Source: the human T2T-CHM13v2.0 reference genome, Homo sapiens. Taken from it: a stretch of DNA of 64,000 nt. Both the position numbers and the translations under genes were made by a program. The DNA lies in the NCBI RefSeq assembly GCF_009914755.1, contig NC_060944.1; one strand, given 5' to 3'. Under the pieces are notes generated by a model that had not been told where the DNA came from, searched no databases, and saw only the letters and a program-made list of their open reading frames with translations. Shown here piece after piece: positions 1 to 14,321 of the stretch; position 1 is the first letter of the stretch; every line of letters begins with the position of its first letter.

Positions 1-1542
1 AAAATGTGAAACTGAGGGAAGTACAAAGGGGTTTTGAGGGAGTTGGGGTAGAAAACTGTATCTTCTTGGGACTTGAATCAAATGTTTTAAGTCTGCCAAG
101 CCAGATCATGTTAGACCTTCACCTCTTAGATCCTGTGGTTTTGATCAATGTGCTCTGTGAGCTACCCTGCCCTAACCCAACTTCTCTAACTCTACCACAG
201 ATGGTAAAAGAAAATGAGTTTTGAAGGAATACAGCAAATATTCACAAGTATCTCCCAGACTTAATGCACCTGGATGAAGATGAGATTCTCAGCTCTACTT
301 CCCCCTCCCCATTCCCTTATGTATCACCATTGTCAAGGTCAGGTGCTGACCAGGGACAATTTCCCTTGAACTGTTCTTTATTTAGTTCTCCATCACTTGC
401 CTAATCAGAGAAAAGAAGCGGACATGGCCACAGCCTTTCCAGTACAGAGGAGAGAACATCCCAGACACTTTCATATCTTCTTCCCATATTCCTAGTTCAT
501 GGACCTCCTGAGTGAAGAAAGAGCTTGAAGTTCTAGGAACTGAGAGGTTAACATTTCTCTCAGGACCCAAGGCAAGATTTCAGTGATCACCAGATAACCG
601 GGAAAAAAGGGTTTGCAGTTGCTGGCCTTAACGGGGAGATTTAAACAGGCATGGCATCTGAATACCAACTCCATCTGCCAACTGTCCCCCATGTCATTGC
701 TCCCTTTCAACAACGGCCAAACACCCTGTATGAAAAACCCTCCTTGAGTTGGAGGAAAAAGCTGTAACCAGACTGAGTCCTCAAGCCATGCCTGAGTCCT
801 CCATTGGTTTGATGGGATGTTCCCTTGCACCTCTTCGGCTCTGCGGGAATTCAGAGGAAGGGTGTCCAATCAGGTCAGAGAAGAGAAAGCTTCCCTAAAT
901 GAGCCACTCCTAGCTGTGGCTCCCACTTCACCAGCTAAAGAGCCACATTTTCTCTTCCTCTGCCTCCAGCTCCCTTGGTTTCCCACATCACTCCTGCTTT
1001 TCAGGTTTGTCCCCGGCCTCCTGGATTCCCCTCTACCCCAGTCCTACTCTTCCTGGGCCCCAGCCTTTTTAAAGCTCTTCACATGCCTCTTTCCAAGCCT
1101 TCAGCTTTTCTCACATCTCAGTCTCCATGCAAATACTTTTACTACCCAAACTTCCTTCCAAATTTTTTCTCACTTAAAAAGATTCCTTCAATGGTTCTCT
1201 TTTCTACAGTTTAATCTTCACTCGAACTTCAACCCAGCCTAACCCCGTTTAAATGCTGTCAGTTCCCAGTATCACCAATCGCTTAACACCCACTTCCTTC
1301 CTCCTTTGCTCCTACTAATGGTCTGGTTACTCCTTTTTGCTCCAGCATTCCCCAAAACCTTCTCAAGCAGGGATATCGTTCCCTCATTTACCCAAAATCT
1401 CCTTTGCACACTTCTGGCGCCTTCAGGCCACATCACTCCGGTCCTTTAGACTCCTACGCACCCAACGTCCCCGTCTCTCCCTCACACCCACTTGCTTCCC
1501 TTGCTCCCACCACAACAGTGCCCATCTCCCCTCCCCGCTCAC

Positions 1543-2096
1543 TCAGGTCTCCTGCTCAGGACGCCCTTGCCGAGGGCGGAGGGGGATTTGTGCTGAAGGA
1601 GGGCTCCGGCAGCAGCGCAGCAACTCGGGGGACGCTCCTTCTCCTTGTCAGTCACGGCCCCTTGTGTCCCCAGATGCTTCTGGGGCGACTGGGGTGTGTG
1701 AGCCCTGCTGCCAGGGCCCCGCTGGGGCTGCTCCAGGAGCTGTCCGTGGTGCTGACGCGGCGGCCGATCGGGCGCGGGATGCGGCGCGGCTGCTGAGCGC
1801 TGTCCCTGGTCCTGGAGAGGTTCCTGGGCCCTGGCGGCGGCGGCAGGAGCGGTGGCCGGAGCGGCCGGCAGCGGGGCCGATGACGGGGGGAAGAGCCCGG
1901 GCGGAGGCTGGGCTTGCAGCAGCTGCTGGTGCTCCCACAGGCTGCGGTTCTCAGTGCTCAGCTCGTCCAGCCGCCGCTCCAGCTCGTCGATACGCTCTCG
2001 CTGGGTGTGGATGAGGCTCTGCTGCTTCTGCACGATGGCCGTGAGCTCCTTGAGGCAGAGCACGGCGCGCACCGGATTCTCCAGCAGGCTCTCCAT
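1543..2096 (-). CDS. IQSEC3: IQSEC3-type first coding exon (N-terminal coiled coil, [12 protein letters not shown]...VLSRRPE); probably a subtelomeric paralog or pseudogene copy
   Basis: ATG at 2096 (aa 36 of ORF 1539..2201) gives the recognisable IQSEC3 N-terminus. The 554-nt coding exon ends at a GA|GTGAG donor (GT at 1542-1541). Read unspliced, it stops at TGA 1541-1539 (185 aa). Downstream exons are not in the window. Confidence 0.88.
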
Positions 2097-2480
2097 GCCG
2101 CCCGCCGCCGCCTGCGCCCTGCCTGCGCCTGGGCTGGCGGCGGGGAGCGCGAGGGCGCGGGAGCCCAGCAGCCCAGGGGTCGGCTCGCCTCCCTCTCCCA
2201 CCGGCCCAGCCTCCCTCCCCCCGCCGGCGCCGCGTCACTGCCACCCCGACCTTCACACACGCATCGCGGGGCGGGGCGGCTGCGCAAGGCCCCACCCCCA
2301 CCCCACCCCCTACCTCCAGACCTCCCCAACTCCTCGCCTCCCCACCTCCCTGCCTCTTGGCGTCAGCGAAGGCTCTGCTGCCTGCAGGGCAGAGAGGAGA
2401 GGGAGGAGGCCAGCGAGAGGGAGCCTCTGTCGGGGCGTGGGAGGAAAGCAAGATAACGCAGGCGACCCGAGAAGGACGGT
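1560..2480. promoter_or_regulatory. CpG island / promoter of the IQSEC3-like exon
   Basis: Very GC- and CpG-rich, with GC boxes (ggggcggggc near 2268) upstream of the ATG on the - strand; boundaries approximate. Confidence 0.75.
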
Positions 2481-3785
2481 GAATCTGACTGGCCAGACTG
2501 GGAAGTAGGCGAAGGGGAAGCAGCGATACTGGGAAGGTGCGGTGGGACCTGTAGGAGAAGAGAAACAGAAAAGAAAGGAAGAGAAGGGGAGAGGCCAGCA
2601 GAGAGGAAGCAGAAAAAGGGAAGGTGGGGCCAAGAAAGAGAAATGTGCTGGAGGAGAGGAAGGTGTGGGGCCCTGAAGGGACGCGAATTCTTTTTTCCCA
2701 GGTCCAGGCCTTCCAGAGGCTGGGGTTCATCTAGAGACCTGCTGAGGAGGGGCCACACTCGCCTCTTTTGCTCGCAGCAATCTATTCTGCCAGGGGATTC
2801 CCTGGAACACAAGAATCCTGGGGCTCTAAGGGACCCTAAAGAGCGTCTGGTCCTGCTCCTTCCTTCATCCGTGACGAAACTTGGGATGGGAAGGCTGTTC
2901 CTGCTGGGTTTCCTCTGGGAGTGAGACCTCAAGACAACTGTGGCAGTTCCTGATAGAAACACTAAATAAACGAGGTCCTCTGTGGCAAGGGCTGACGCTT
3001 CCAGAAGCTTCTGAATAGATCATTCTATTTGACAAACAGTTATAAAATGCACACTATTACCAAACACTGGGCTAGATGGTGGTAAGAGAAGCATGACCAG
3101 AATGGAATCTTAGGCTTTTTGAAGCTTATAAATAAGTGGGTGAAATTGGTCATGATTAACTTTGACGTATGATAGTGGTGGTGAGTAATCAGGCAGAGGT
3201 TTGCCCAGAGTGCTATAGGAGCCAGCAGCTTGGAGATCCAGGGAGGCTTCTTACAGGAAGTGACCCTTGATGTGGGAAGGGTTTTCCATAAAGGGAAGAC
3301 AGCATGAGCAAAAGCTCAGAGACATTAATCAGCATCGATTGAATCATTCATTGATGTCTACAATAATCACCACTCACTAGGTGCAAAGTAATGTACCAGA
3401 ATCTATGCAAGCCACATCTAGCATAGATAATAAGTTATCATTTCTATAATCAAGTTGATTCCAATCTCATAGAGTAGATATGCCATGCACATGAATAAGT
3501 AAAACACAACTCAAGATTTCTGTAAGAGCTCTTCAAGCCAAGTGCCATAGAGTTCAGGGGAGGGAGAGGATTCATTTGACTGTGTTGATCTGATAAGTTC
3601 TGACAGAGGTGTTATTCAAGTTGGGCCATGAAGAATGGGAAATATTTCAACAGGTAGACAGAACAGGGGGCCAGATATGAGAAAGATACATCAGGCAGCA
3701 GGGAAAAAACTAATGAATGGAAATAGAGCACTTGGTTTAAATTAATTTGGCAGGGAAATGACCCTTTCCTTTTCTTTTCCTTTAC

Positions 3786-3938
3786 TTTTTTTTTTTTTTA
3801 AGTCTTGTCTGTCACCGAGGCTGGAGTGCAGTGTGGCAGGATCATAGCTTACTCCATCCTTGAACTCCTGGGATCAAGGAATCCTCTAGCCTCAGCTTCC
3901 TGAGTAGGTGGGACTACAGATGCATACCACCATGCCCC
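3786..3938 (-). mobile_element. Alu (J-type) right-arm fragment
   Basis: Poly-T followed by gtcaccgaggctggagtgcagtg...gggactacag. Confidence 0.8.
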
Positions 3939-4573
3939 GTGAAGGAAGTGAGTTGTTCTTTCCTCTTTTATAGGAATGGGATGGGAAAGAGGAAGGGCTA
4001 TGAGTACGCTTCGCATGTTTGTTATTGTGTTGTTCCGTTCTTCACACACATGTCCATCAGGCTCCCTGTCAACCTTCCATTCCCCCAGGATAGGCATATT
4101 TATGGGTACCATGTGCCCAGTGAGCTGGCCCACCCCCCACCACCACGTGGTGCCAGACTTGAATGACCTTATGAGAAGGAACTTGTGCTCTGCACATATA
4201 TTGGTTTATCTGCATTCGTGATGTGTTTTTATTTTGCTTTTCTCCCATTTATCTTCCTAGCAAACTTTCTTTGGTAAAGAATGAATAAAGGAAGCTTATC
4301 CACAGCTGAGCTCACGGTTAGGGGAAACAGCACACAGGAGGATGCTTTGGTAGTGACCAGCATTCCAGCTAAAGAATGGAGGTTGGGGGATGAAACAAGG
4401 GCACACAAAAACTCAAACTCTTTTTTCTGAATTTTCTTTGTTTGCCTAGTTGATTTGCTGTCCAAGAATTGGGTGCTTGGACAGCAAATTAGAGATGAAT
4501 ACGATAAGTGAAACAGCCTGCAGCATAATTATCCATGGGGATTGTTGAAAATGCAGATTTCTGAGCCCTATAT

Positions 4574-5035
4574 TGTAGCAGGACAAGCCGCAGACAAAAT
4601 TCCTCAGACACCGAGTTAAAGAAGGAAGGGGTTTATTTGGCCGGGGGCATCGGCAAGACTCCTTTCTCAAGAGCTGAGCTCCCCGAGTGAGCAATTTCTG
4701 TCCTTTTTAAGGGTTCACAACTCTAAGGGGGTGCGCGTGAGAGGGTCGTGGTCGATTAAGCAAGCAGGGGGTACGTGACTGGGGGCTGCATGCACCGGTA
4801 ATTAGATCGGAACACAACAGGATAGGGATTTTCACAGTGCTTTTCTATACAATGTCTGTAATCTATAGATAACATAACTGATTAGGTCAGGGGTCGATCT
4901 TTAACTACCAGGCCCAGGGTGTGGCGCCGGGCTGTCTGCTTGTGGATTTCATTTCTGCCTTTTAGTTTTTAGTTTTTCTTTCTTTGGAGGCAGAAAATGG
5001 GCATAAGGCAATATGAGGGGTGGTCTCCTCCCTTA
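4574..5035 (-). mobile_element. Solo ERV1 LTR2 (HERV-E/Harlequin type)
   Basis: The - strand begins TAAGGGAGGAGACCACCCCTCATATTG and ends TGTCCTGCTACA. Flanks atat/atac fit a 4-bp TSD with one mismatch. It interrupts a MER5-like remnant. Confidence 0.8.
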
Positions 5036-6052
5036 ATACCAGTCCTGCTGTATTGGAATCACTAGGAATGGGGACCAAGAATTTTTATTTTAAAAACTTT
5101 TTTCATTAAAAAAATCAACTTTGTTGACTTATAATTTATATCCAATGATATGCTCCCATTTTATGTGCACAGTTCAATGAATTTTGACAAATGTTCATGC
5201 CCTATTTTAGTCAGTTCCTCTCATCCTCAGCTCCAGTTAACCACTGACTTGCTGTCTGCCAGTATATGTTAGTTTTGTCTGTTGTGGAATTTCACATAAA
5301 AATCATACAGTATACACTACTTCGTGTCTTTCTTTTTAAATTTTTTATTATTTTAAAAATTACTATGATGATTTTTGTTTTAATAGTTTCTGGGGAACAT
5401 GTGATGTTTGGTTACATAGATAAGTTCTTTTGTGGTGATTTCTGAGATTTTGGAGCACCCATCACCTGAGCAGTGTACACCGTACCTAATGTGTAGTCTT
5501 TTATCTCTTACCCCACTCCCACCCTTCTCCCAAGTCCCCAGAGTCCATTGCATCATCCTTAAGCCTTTGAGTCCTCATAGCTTAGTTCCCACTTACACAC
5601 GAGAACATAAGATATTTGGTTTTCCATTCCTGAGTTACTTCACTTGGAATAATGATCTCCAATTCCATCCAGGTTGCTGCCAATGCCATTATTTCATTCC
5701 TTTTTAAATCCACTCATTGATTGATGGGCATTTGGGCTGGTTCCACATTTTTGCAATTGTGAATTGTGCTGCTATAAACATATGTGTGCAAGTGTCTTTT
5801 TTTTCATATAATGATTTCTTTTCCTCTGGATAAATACCCAGTAGTGGGATTGCTGGATCAAATGGTAGATCTATGTTTAGTTCTTTAAGGAATCTCCATA
5901 CTGTTTTCCATAGTGGTCGTACTAGTTTACATTCCCACCAGCAGTGTAAAAGTGTTTCCTTTTCACCAAATTCACGCCAATATCTATTATTTTTTGATTT
6001 TTAAATTATGGCCATTCTTGCAGGAGTTAGGTGGTATCACATTGTGTGGTGT

Positions 6053-6401
6053 TTTTTGTTGTTGTTGTTTGTTTTGTTTGTTTGTTTTTGAGATGAAGTC
6101 TTGTTCTGTCACCCAGGCTGGAGTGCAGTGGCTCGACCTCAGCTCACTGCAACCTCCACCTCCTGGGTTCAAGTGATTCGTCTGCCTCAGCCTTTGGAGT
6201 TCAAGTGATTCTCCTGCCTCAGCTTCCCAAGTACCAAGTAGCTGGGACTACAGGAGTGTACAACCATGCCCGGCAATTTTTGTGTTTTTAGTAGAGATGT
6301 GGGTTTCACCATGTTGGTCTCGAACTCCTGACCTCAGGTGATCCACCTGCCTCAGCCTCCCAAAGTGCTGGGATTACAGGTGTGAGCCACGATGCCTGGC
6401 C
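6053..6401 (-). mobile_element. AluS inserted in the L1, with an internal duplication of about 33 bp
   Basis: Alu body after a (TTG)n/(TTTG)n tail; gttcaagtgatt...ctgcctcagc occurs twice in tandem near 6165-6225. Confidence 0.85.
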
Positions 6402-8829
6402 AGCACTGTGGTTTTGATTTGCATTTCCCTTATCATTAGTGATGTTGAGCATTTTTTTCATATGTTTGTTGGCCATTTGTATATATTCTTTTGAGAATTG
6501 TTATTTATGTCCTTAGCCCACTTTTTGATGGGATTATTTGTTTTTTTCTTGCTGATTTGTTTGAGTTCCTTGTAGATTCTGGATATTAGACCTGTGTTGG
6601 ATGCATAGTTTGTGAAAATTTCCCCCACTCTGTGGGTTGTCTGTTTACTCTGCTGATTATTTCTTGTGCTGTGCAGAAGCTTTCTAGTTTAATTAAGTCC
6701 TTCTATTTATCTTTGTTGCATTTGCTTTTAGGTTGTTGGTCATGAACTCTTTGCCAAGCCAATGTCTAGAAGAGTTTTTCCAATGTTATCTTTTAGAATT
6801 TTTATGATTTCAGGTCTTAGATTTAAGTATTTGATTCATCTTGAATTGATTTTTGTATAAGGTGAGAGATGAGTATGCAGATTTATTCTTCTACATGTGG
6901 CTAGCCAATCATTCCCAGCACCACCTGTTGAATAGTGTGTCCTTTCCCTACTTTATGTTCTCATTTGCTTTGTCAAAGATCAGTTGGGTGTAAATATTTG
7001 GCTTTATTTCTGGGATTGCTAGTCTCTTCCATTGGTCTATGTGCCTATTTTTATACCAGTACCATGCTGTTTTGGTGATGATAGCCTGGTAGTATAGTTT
7101 GAAGTCAGGTAATGTGATGCCTCCAGATTTGTTCTTTTTCTTTACTCTTGGTTTGGCTATGTGGGCTCTTTTGTTCCATATAAATTTAAGGGTTTTTTTT
7201 TTCTAGTTCTGTGAAGAATGATAATGATATTTTGATGAGAATTGCATTGAATTTATAGATTGCTTTTGGCAGTATGGTCATTTTCACAATATTGATTCTA
7301 TTCATTCATGAGCATGGGGTATGTTTCCATTTGTTTGTGTCATCTATGATTTCTTTCAGCAATGTTTTGTAGTTTTCCTTGCAGAGATCTTTCACCTCCT
7401 TGGTTAGGTATATTCCTAAGTATTTTATTTTATTTTTTGCAGTTATTGTAAAAGGGGTTGAGTTATTGCTTTGTTTCTCAGCTTGGTTGCTGTTGGTGTA
7501 TAGCAGTGTTACTGATTTGTGTACATTGATTTTGTATCCTGAAACTTTACTGAATTCATTTATCAGATCTCAGAGCTTTTTGAGTGAGTGCTCAGGGTGT
7601 TCTAGGTATACAATCATATCATCAGCAAATAGCAACAGTTTGACTTCCTCATTACCAATTTGGATGTCCTTTATTTCTTTCTCTTGTCTGATTGCTCTGG
7701 CTAGGACTTCCAGTACTATGTTGAATAGAAGTGGTGAAAGTGGGCGTCCTTACGTTGTTCCAGTTCTCAGGGGGAATGCTTTCAGCTTTTTCCCCTTCAG
7801 TATAATGTTGGCTGTGGGTTTGTCACAGATGGCTTTTATTACCTTAAGGTATGTTTTTTTCTATGTAGATTTTGTTGAGGGTTTTAATCATAAAATTTTG
7901 TCAAATGCTTTTTCTGTGTCTATTGAGATGACAATGTGATTTTTTTAACAAAAATTCTGTTTATGTGGTGTATCACATTTATTGACTTGTGGATGTTAAA
8001 CCATGCCTGTATCCCTGGTGTGAAACCCACTTGATCATGGGGGATTATCTTTTTGCTATGCTGTTGGATTTGGTTAGGTAGTATTTTGTTGAGGATTTTT
8101 ATATCTATGTTCATCAGGGACATTGGTCTGTAGTTTCCTTTTTTGTTATGTCCTTTCCTAGTTTTGATATTAGGGTGATACTGGCTTTATGGAATTATTT
8201 AAGGAGGATTCCCTCTTTCTCTGTCTTTTGGAATAATTTCAGTAGAATTGTTGAGAATTCTTCTTTGAATGTCTGATAGAATTCAGTTGTGAATCCTTCT
8301 GGTCCTGGACTTTTTTTTTTGTTTGGCAATTTTTAAATTACCATTTCAATCTCACTGCTTGTTATTGGTCTGTTCAGAGTTTCTATTTCTTCCTGGTTTA
8401 ATCTAGGAAGGTTGCTTATTTCAGGAATTTATCTGTCTCCTCTAGATTTTCTAGTTTAGCTTGTAAAGGTGTCCATAGTAGCATTGAATGATTCTTTGTA
8501 TTTCTATTTTATCGGTTGTAGTATCTCCTGTTTCATTTCTAATTGAGCTTATTAGGACTTTCTCCTTCTTTTCTTGGTTAATCTCACTAATGATCTATCA
8601 ATTTTGTTTATCTTTTCAAAGAGCCAGCTTTTCGTTTTCCTTAGCTTTTTTATTTTTTTTGTTTAAATTTCATTTAGTTCTCCTCAGATCGTTGCTATTT
8701 CTTTTCTTCCGCTAGGGTTTGGTTTGGTTTGTTCTTGTTGCTGTAGTTCCTTGAGGTGTGACCTTAGATTGTGTATTTGTGTTCTTTCAGACTTTTTTAA
8801 GGTAGGACTGTAATGCTATGAAATTTCCT

Positions 8830-9089
8830 CTTTTTTTTTTAATTTTTACTTTTTGGAGATGGAATTTCACTCTTGTTGTCCAGGCTGGAGTGCAATGGCA
8901 AGATCTTGGCTCACCACAACCTCCTTCTCCCGTGTTCAAGCAATTCTTCCACCTTAGCCTCCCAAGTAGCTGGGACTACAGGCATGCACCACCACACCCA
9001 GCTAATTTTGTATTTTTAGTAGAGACGGGGTTTCTCCATGTTAGGCTAGTCTCGAACTCCCAACCTGAGGTGATCTGCCCGCCTTGGCC
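8830..9089 (-). mobile_element. AluS (5'-truncated) inserted in the L1
   Basis: Alu body flanked by TSD-like gaaatttcctctt / gaagttttctctt. Confidence 0.8.
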
Positions 9090-12000
9090 GAAGTTTTCTC
9101 TTAGCACTGTTTTTGCTGTATCCCAGAGGTTTTGATAGGTTGTGTCACTATTATCATTCAGTTTAAGGAATTTTTAAATTTCCATCTTGATTTCCTTGTT
9201 GACTCAAACTTTGTTCAGGAACAGATTATTTAATTTCCATGCATTTGCATGGTTTTGAGAGTTCCTTTGGAGTTCATTTCCAATTTTATTTCACTGTGGT
9301 CTGAAAGAGTACTTGATATAATTTTGATTTTCTTAAATTTATTGCAACTTGTTTTGTGGCCTATGTATGATCTGTCTTGGAGAATGTTCCATGTGCTGAT
9401 GGATGTTTTTAGGGTATAGTTTAAGTCCACTGTTTCTTTGTTGGCTTTCTGTCTTGATGACTTGTCTAGTGCTGTCAGTGGAGTATTGAAGTCCCCCACT
9501 ATCATTGTGTTGCCTTCTATCTCATTTCTTTGGGCTAGTAGTAATTGTTTTATAAATTTTGAAGCTCCGGTGTTAGGTGCATATATATTTAGGATTGTAA
9601 TATTTTCCTGTTGGACTAGTCCTTTTATCATTATATAATGCCCTTCATTGTCTTTTTTAACTGTTGTTACATTAAAATCTCTTTTGTCTGATATAAGAAT
9701 AGCTACTTCTGATCACTTTTGGTGTCCATTTGCACGGAATATCTTTTTCCACCCCTTTACCTTAAGTTTATCTGAGTCCTTATGTGTTAGGTGAGTCTCT
9801 TGAAGACGGCAGATACTTGGTTGGTGAATTATTATCCATTCTTCCATTCTGTATCTTTTAAGAGGAGCATTTAAGCCATTTACATTCAATGTTAGTATTG
9901 AGATTTGAGGTACTATTCTGCTCATTGTGCTGGTTGTTGCCTGAATACCTTGTTTTTTCATTGTGTTATTGTATGGTCCCCATGAGATTTATGCTTTAAG
10001 GAGGTTCTATTTTTGTGTATTTCAAGGTTTTGTTTCAAGATTTATAACTACTTTTAGCAGTCCTTGTAGTGCTGGCTTGGTGGTAGTGAATTCTCTCAGT
10101 ATTTGTCTGAAAAAGACTTTATCTTTCCTTCATTTATGATGCTTAGTTTCACTGGATACAAAATTCTTGCTGGATAATTATTTTGTTTAAGGAGTCTAAA
10201 GATAGGATCTCCATCCCTCCTAGCTTGTAGAGTTTCTGCTGGGAAGTCTGCTGTTAATTCGACAGGCTTTCCTTTATTGGTTACCTGATACTTTTGCCTC
10301 ACATCTCTTAAGATCCCTTTTTTCTTTTCAACTTTAGATAACCTGATGACTATGTGGCTAAGTGATGATCTTTTGGTGATGAACTTCCCAGGTATTCTTC
10401 GAGCTTCTTGTATTTAGACGTCTAGATCTCTAGCAAGGCCAGGGAAGTTTTCTTCAATTATTCCCTCAAATAAGTTTTCCAAACTTTCAGATTTCTCTTC
10501 TTCTTCAGGAATACCAATTACTCTTACGTTTGGTCAGTTAACATAATACCAAACTTCCTGGAGGCTTTGTTCATTTTTAAAATTCTGTTTTCTTTGTCTT
10601 TGTCAGGTTGGATTAATTCAAAAGCCTTGTCTTTGAGCTCTGAAGTTCTTTCTTCTACTTGTTTGATTCTATTGTTGAAACTTTCCAGTGTGTTTTGCAC
10701 TTCTCTAAGTGCGTCATTAGTTTCCAGAAGTTGTGATTGCTTTTTAATTATGAGATCTATTTATTTGGAAATTTTTTTCATCCACATCCTGTATTATTTT
10801 TTAAGTTTCTTTAAATTGATTTTCACCTTTCTCTGATACCTCCTTGAGGAGCTTAATAATTGACCTTCTGAATTCTCTTTCTGACAATTCGAGATTTCTT
10901 CTTGGTTTGGATCCATGTTTGCTGGTGAGCTAGTGTGACCTTTTGGGGTGTTATAGAACCTTGTTTTATTATACTACCAGAATTGTTTTTCTGGTTCTTT
11001 CTCATTTGGGTAGACTATGTCAGAGGAAAGATTTGGGGTGCAAGGGCTGCTGTTCAGATTTGTCCCACTGGCGATCCTTTGATGTGGTGCTCTCCCCTTT
11101 CCTTTAGAGATGCGGCTTTCTGAAAGCTGGACTGCAGCGATTGTTATTGCTTTTCTCGGTCTAGCCACCCAGCGGGGCTACCAGGCTCTGGGCTGTTACT
11201 GGGGAGTGTCTGCAAAGAGTCCTGTGATGTGATTCATCTTCAGGTCTCTCAGCTGTGGATACCAGCACCTGCTCAGCTGGAGGTAGCAGGGGAGTGAAGT
11301 GGACTCTGTCAGAGTCCTTGGTTGTAGTTTTGTTTAGTGTGCTGTTTTTCTCGAATGCTGGTTATACTAGCAATGAAGTTGCTACATGGACAGACTCAGG
11401 GCCTCTGGGGAGCCAAGATGTTACAGGCAGTGGAATTGGCTGTTGTTTTCTCCTTTTTTGGAGCAGTGCTGTTCTGTTATGAGTTGCTGTAATGGCTTGA
11501 GTTGGTTGGCCTCCCACTAGGAGGTGGTGCTTTCAAGAGAGCATTAGCTGTGGTAGTATAGGGGTGGATACAAGCTTGCTCTAAGGTCACCTGGATAAGT
11601 ATTTGGGTTTCTCAGGTGATGGGCAGGGCCATAGAGCTCCCATGAGTTCATCTTTTGTCTTCAGCTACCAGGGCTGGTAAAGAAACACCATTAGGTTGGG
11701 GCAGTGTTAGGCATGTCTGAGCTCAGACTCTCCTAGGGCTGGGCTTGCTGTGGCCACTGTGGGGGATGGGGGGTTGTTCTCAGGTCAGTGGAGTTATGCT
11801 CCAAGAGGGATTATGGCTGCCTTTGATGCTTCATACAAGTCCCAGGGAAGTGGGGGAAAGCCAGCAGCGACAGGCCTCACCCAGCTCCCGTGTAGCCAGC
11901 AAGGCCAGTGCTCCTGTCATGCTCTCCCGACAGAGCTGAATTTATATCCAGGCCTCAGGTGTGCAAGGCTGAGATATTGCCCCAGGCTACAAGCCTCTCT

Positions 12001-12640
12001 GCTGAGAAAGCAAGCAGGGCTTTCAGGTCTCACCCCTCTCTGCTTGCCTTGGCTTCTGTGCTCATATCTGCACTTCCCGTTTTTGCCCTACCCCACAATG
12101 CTGTCCAGGAAAATTCATGCTCAGTCGAAATTATTACAAAGTTCTGCTGGAAGTCTCCTCCTTGTGACCCTTCCCCAGTTCCACTCTCTGCCTTCCCTGA
12201 GGACCCCTGTGAGAGAAAGTCAGAAATGGCTTCCCTGGGCTTCCCTGGGGGCTGGGAGTACTTACAGAGCTCTTCTCACCGCTGCTTCTACTTTTATATT
12301 TCACTCGGCTCTCTAAATTTATTTCACCTCTACGTAAGGTTAAATCCTTCTCCTGTGATCTGGATTTTCAGTTTCCCCAGTAAGGATGTGTATTTGGAGG
12401 CAGACCTTCCCCCTCTCACACTTTAGGCACTCACAGTTTTTTGGCTGTCTCATGAAGTTTGCAGTGGCAAGCTGCTTCTTTCAAAGGGTCTGTGAATTCC
12501 TTTGGGTTTCCTGGTATGTTTTGCGGTAGTTCTTGGAGCAAAAGTTCATAATGTGAGTCTTCACACACTGTTCTGTCTCCATCTGAGTGGGAGCTGCAAG
12601 TTAGACCTGCCTCCTATTTGCCATTTTTTTCTGAGTCCCC

Positions 12641-12936
<296 letters not shown>

Positions 12937-13232
12937 ATGTTTTTCTTTTTTGCTCAGCATAATACTTTTGAGGTTCATCCATTCTGTTATAGGTATCATT
13001 CATTTGTTCCTTTTATTTTAGAGTTGTACTCACAGTAGATGTACCATAATTCATGTCATCAACTGTTGATGGACATTTTGGTTGTTTCCAGATTCTGGTT
13101 ATTTTGAATAAAGCTGCTGTGATTATTAATGGACAAGTTTTTGTGGGGACATATATTTTAATACGTTTCATGTGTTTTATTAAGAGTAAAAATATAGAAT
13201 TGAAATTGCTAGATCATATGAAAGTATGTATT

Positions 13233-13639
<407 letters not shown>

Positions 13640-14321
13640 TCACATCCTTGTGAACACTTGGTATTTTCATCTCATTTTTATTTAATCCATTTGAGTGGGT
13701 GAGTAGTTGTATCCCAACATGGTTTTAATGAGTGTTTTCCTCTTGGCTAATGCTGTTGAGCATCTTCTTATGGGTTTATTGGCCATTTGTGTATCTTCTT
13801 TGCCCACAGTTTCTATTGAATTGTTTGTCTTCTTATTTTTGAGTTATAAGACTTCTTTATATATTCTGGAAAGCAGTCTTTGTCAGATGTATGTATTGCA
13901 AATATTTTCTCCTAGTCAGTGGCTTGCCTTTTCATTTTCTTAATATTATCTGTTGAAAAGCAAAGGTTTTTATTTTGATGGAAAACTTACCAATTTTTCT
14001 TCTATGATTCATGTTCTTTGTGTCCTATCAAAAATCCTTTGCCTATCCCAAGGTCATAAACATGTTCTCCTATATTCCTTCTGGAGATTTTATAGTTTTT
14101 GCTTTTATGTTTAGGCCTATGATCTATTTCACATGGATTTGTGTGTTCAGTATGATGAGTTAAGGTTCATTTCTTCCTTAAGTGTTTGACAGAATGAAGC
14201 CATGTCTGCCTGGAGGTTTCTTTGTGGGAAGATTTTAAACTATAAATTCAGGTTCTTTAATAGATATAGGGCTATTCAGATATTGTATTTCTTTGTCTAT
14301 CCATTTTAGTATTTGTGTCTC

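Larger units (their letters stand above)
5370..12635 (-). mobile_element. Near full-length decayed LINE-1 (L1PB-like), interrupted by two Alus
   Basis: L1PB-type 3' UTR near 5380-5700. ORF2 RT pieces (7920-8123 [14 protein letters not shown]), endonuclease pieces (9713-9961 ISILTLNVNGLNAPLKR), ORF1 piece (10096-10302 ELTADFPAETLQARR). 5' UTR ends near 12635. Many stops and frameshifts. Confidence 0.88.

Noticed and set aside
1337-2962. Overlapping ORFs around the IQSEC3-like exon, including the 35-aa upstream extension from 2201
   Set aside because: GC-rich shadow frames. The extension starts at GTG, and only the frame from ATG 2096 matches a known protein.
5370-12635. Potentially active full-length L1
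   Set aside because: Old subfamily, ORF1 and ORF2 fragmented by stops and frameshifts, with two Alu insertions.
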